Assembly (NCBI GenBank): GCA_030390025.1
Contig: CM059432.1
Coordinates: 66,280,001-66,344,000, forward strand
DNA length: 64,000 nt
Reading direction: 5' to 3'
Origin: Squalus acanthias
Lineage: Eukaryota
The position numbers were made by a program, and so were the translations under genes. The notes below the pieces were generated by a model. That model was not told where the DNA came from. It did no database searches and saw only the letters and a list, made by a program, of their open reading frames with translations. Shown here piece after piece: positions 61,981-64,000 of the stretch (its first letter is position 1; every line of letters starts with the position of its first letter).

Positions 61981-62699
61981 TGCAAACCAAAGTGCATCGA
62001 CTTTGGCAAGTTGCAGTCACAGCAACCTCCAGTCTGGTTCATTGTAGAACGCGATGCTTCGCAAAAGAATAAAAGATACAGGCACTTACAAAAAAAAAGT
62101 TTTAAAAATAACTTACTGTGTGCATGCAGGAGTTGTTCTGGGTGTGGTTTGTTTTGCGGAAGAAGTTACAGAGTTTGTTCTGTTCAACTTTTTTTTGTTG
62201 AGTGACTTCAGGGAAAACTTCACAACAAACTTTGTGGATCATGTGACTGAACTCAGTTGTCTGTAAACTCAGCCCCAACGGCTTTCTTTGCATTCTGTAT
62301 ATTGTGCTTTTTTTCCCAAACAGCTTTATTTTCAAGACACTTGTCATATCTTAATCATGTGAAATAGATCTATATGTTGTGTATTTATTTTTGTACAGTT
62401 TTAAAGTTTCAAACTGACACACATATCCTGCAGGAAACCACATATAGATTTTCTAAAACTTTTTTTCAGCCAAGCGGTTTAAGCGTGCACTTCAGACACA
62501 TCGAAGATATCGGCTGCTTTTAGGAGTGAAATTTAGGACGACAAAAAAATCAGAAAGAGTGAGACAAGTTGCAAACCTATTACAACTCCCTCGCCCCCAC
62601 CCCCCCCCCCCCACCCCGCCACAATCAAGCATTTTCTTAAACTAAGGTAAGTCCAGAATTTAACTCCAAATATAAGTAAAATCTCACAGGCCTGCCTTA

Positions 62700-62947
62700 T
62701 GTTGGGCATAGATTTAAAGTAATTGGTAGAAGGGGAGTTGAGGAGAAATTTTCTCACCCAGAGGGTGGTGGGGGTCTGGAACTCATTGCCTGAAAGTATT
62801 TGGATTTGCACTTGAAGTGCTGTAACCTACAAGGCTACGGACTAAGAGCTAGAAAGTGGGATTAGGCTGCAAAACTCTTCTTTGGCTGGCACAGACACGA
62901 TGGGCTGAATGGCCTCCTTCTGTGCTGTAAATTTCTATGATTCTATG
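62700..62947 (+). mobile_element. CR1 3' end fragment
   Basis: FFTQRVV/WNSLP-like segment, tgggctgaatggcctcc, tail tttctatgattctatg. Confidence 0.8.
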
Positions 62948-63649
62948 AGTCTAGATCACATAAAGTTTGATCATTGTAAAAGTTTTCTATAGTTTTCTTC
63001 TCAGGTATGGAATCCCTGTATTGTTTTGACTGAAACACCCCAACAATAAATATTGCAGCAGACTGCGATGCCAGTTCACTGTTCGTGTTTGAATACCCGT
63101 GGTGACAAACACCGGCATTTTCTGCTTCATTCGGAATTTGCAACGGAAGGAAACTTTCCGACAAGGAAAAGTCAAATCAGAATAAAAATGGCATCATGAT
63201 CATATTTGCATAGCATTATTTGCATAATACCAAGGCAGTTTCTATACTTTACTTGGCAATTTAACATTGGGGTCAAGTACAGAGTGGTGCCGGTGGGAGG
63301 ACTATCTTATATAAGGATACAAATTACTGATGCATACTTCAAGTGAGATGTGTGACTGTTTGGGCTTATTGCGTTCATGGCCAATTCACATTGAATTAGT
63401 GAAAAAGGGAGCATGACCACTTTGTCACAGAGAGTGGTTGAGGCAGAGACCGCAGCTTCTTTCAAGGGAAAATTGTAAAATATTTGAAGCAGAGAAAGAT
63501 AGAGGGCTACAGGGAGAGAGTGGGGTGGTGGGAATAGTTTTGGATCGCTCTAGCACAGATACGATGGGCCGAATGGCACCCTGCACTGCCAACCTCCATG
63601 GTCTTATGGGTAATTTTGTGACTTGCCAGCAGGACGCCTCGCACACTAA

Positions 63650-64000
63650 GGGCTGGCTTTTCCCTGAGGAGGCGGGATGGTGGCGGGAGAGCTGGTTGGC
63701 GGGTTCCGGTCCCGCTCCCGTCTGCAGCCGCTCTCTGAAATAGCATTTCTATAGATTGACCTTGTTAAGCCCGCCCTGCGGGGTTCCTGGCCAATTAACA
63801 GGAAGCACGTCTGATGACGTTATTTGATGACGCGTCATCAGCAGGTTTCCTTAAAGGGGCCACGGCCACATTGATTTTGACAGTTTGTGCTGTCAGTGTT
63901 CTGCAGCATTGAGGTGCTGCAAACACTGACAAGCACTGCACAAAGGTGCATGTCTGCACCCAGGCTCACGCATGACTCTCTCCATATGCCATTAGCCACC
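63650..64000 (+). mobile_element. Left part of another Harbinger of the 6128 family
   Basis: taa|gggctggctttcc terminus. 63750-63990 aligns by eye with 6230-6465. Confidence 0.8.

Overview
This is eukaryotic, repeat-dense, gene-poor DNA, most likely from a cartilaginous fish (shark/ray), judged from its V-SINE/HE1-type SINEs, Deu-domain SINE and CR1 subfamilies. No host protein-coding exon can be supported. The long ORFs belong to transposons: CR1, RTE and L2-like LINEs, and PIF/Harbinger Myb/SANT and DDE genes. Main content: (i) many CR1 LINE fragments, one near full length with an esterase-type ORF1; (ii) a degenerate but reconstructable two-gene Harbinger (34385-43321, TTA TSD) with a three-exon Myb/SANT gene and a convergent HARBI1-like nuclease, carrying nested CR1, SINE, Penelope-like and Tc1/pogo-like inserts; (iii) a swarm of non-autonomous Harbinger derivatives with 3-bp TSDs, including three nested one inside another (9633-11862); (iv) three short Penelope-like insertions carrying minimal hammerhead-ribozyme motifs with compensatory stem changes, all inserted within about 26 codons of the same CR1 ORF2 segment; (v) SINEs sharing 3' tails with local LINEs, including an apparent tail swap; (vi) a repeat-poor stretch near 60.5-60.8 kb that may be a host promoter/first exon (low confidence). 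All alignments were made by eye; boundaries without a TSD are approximate.
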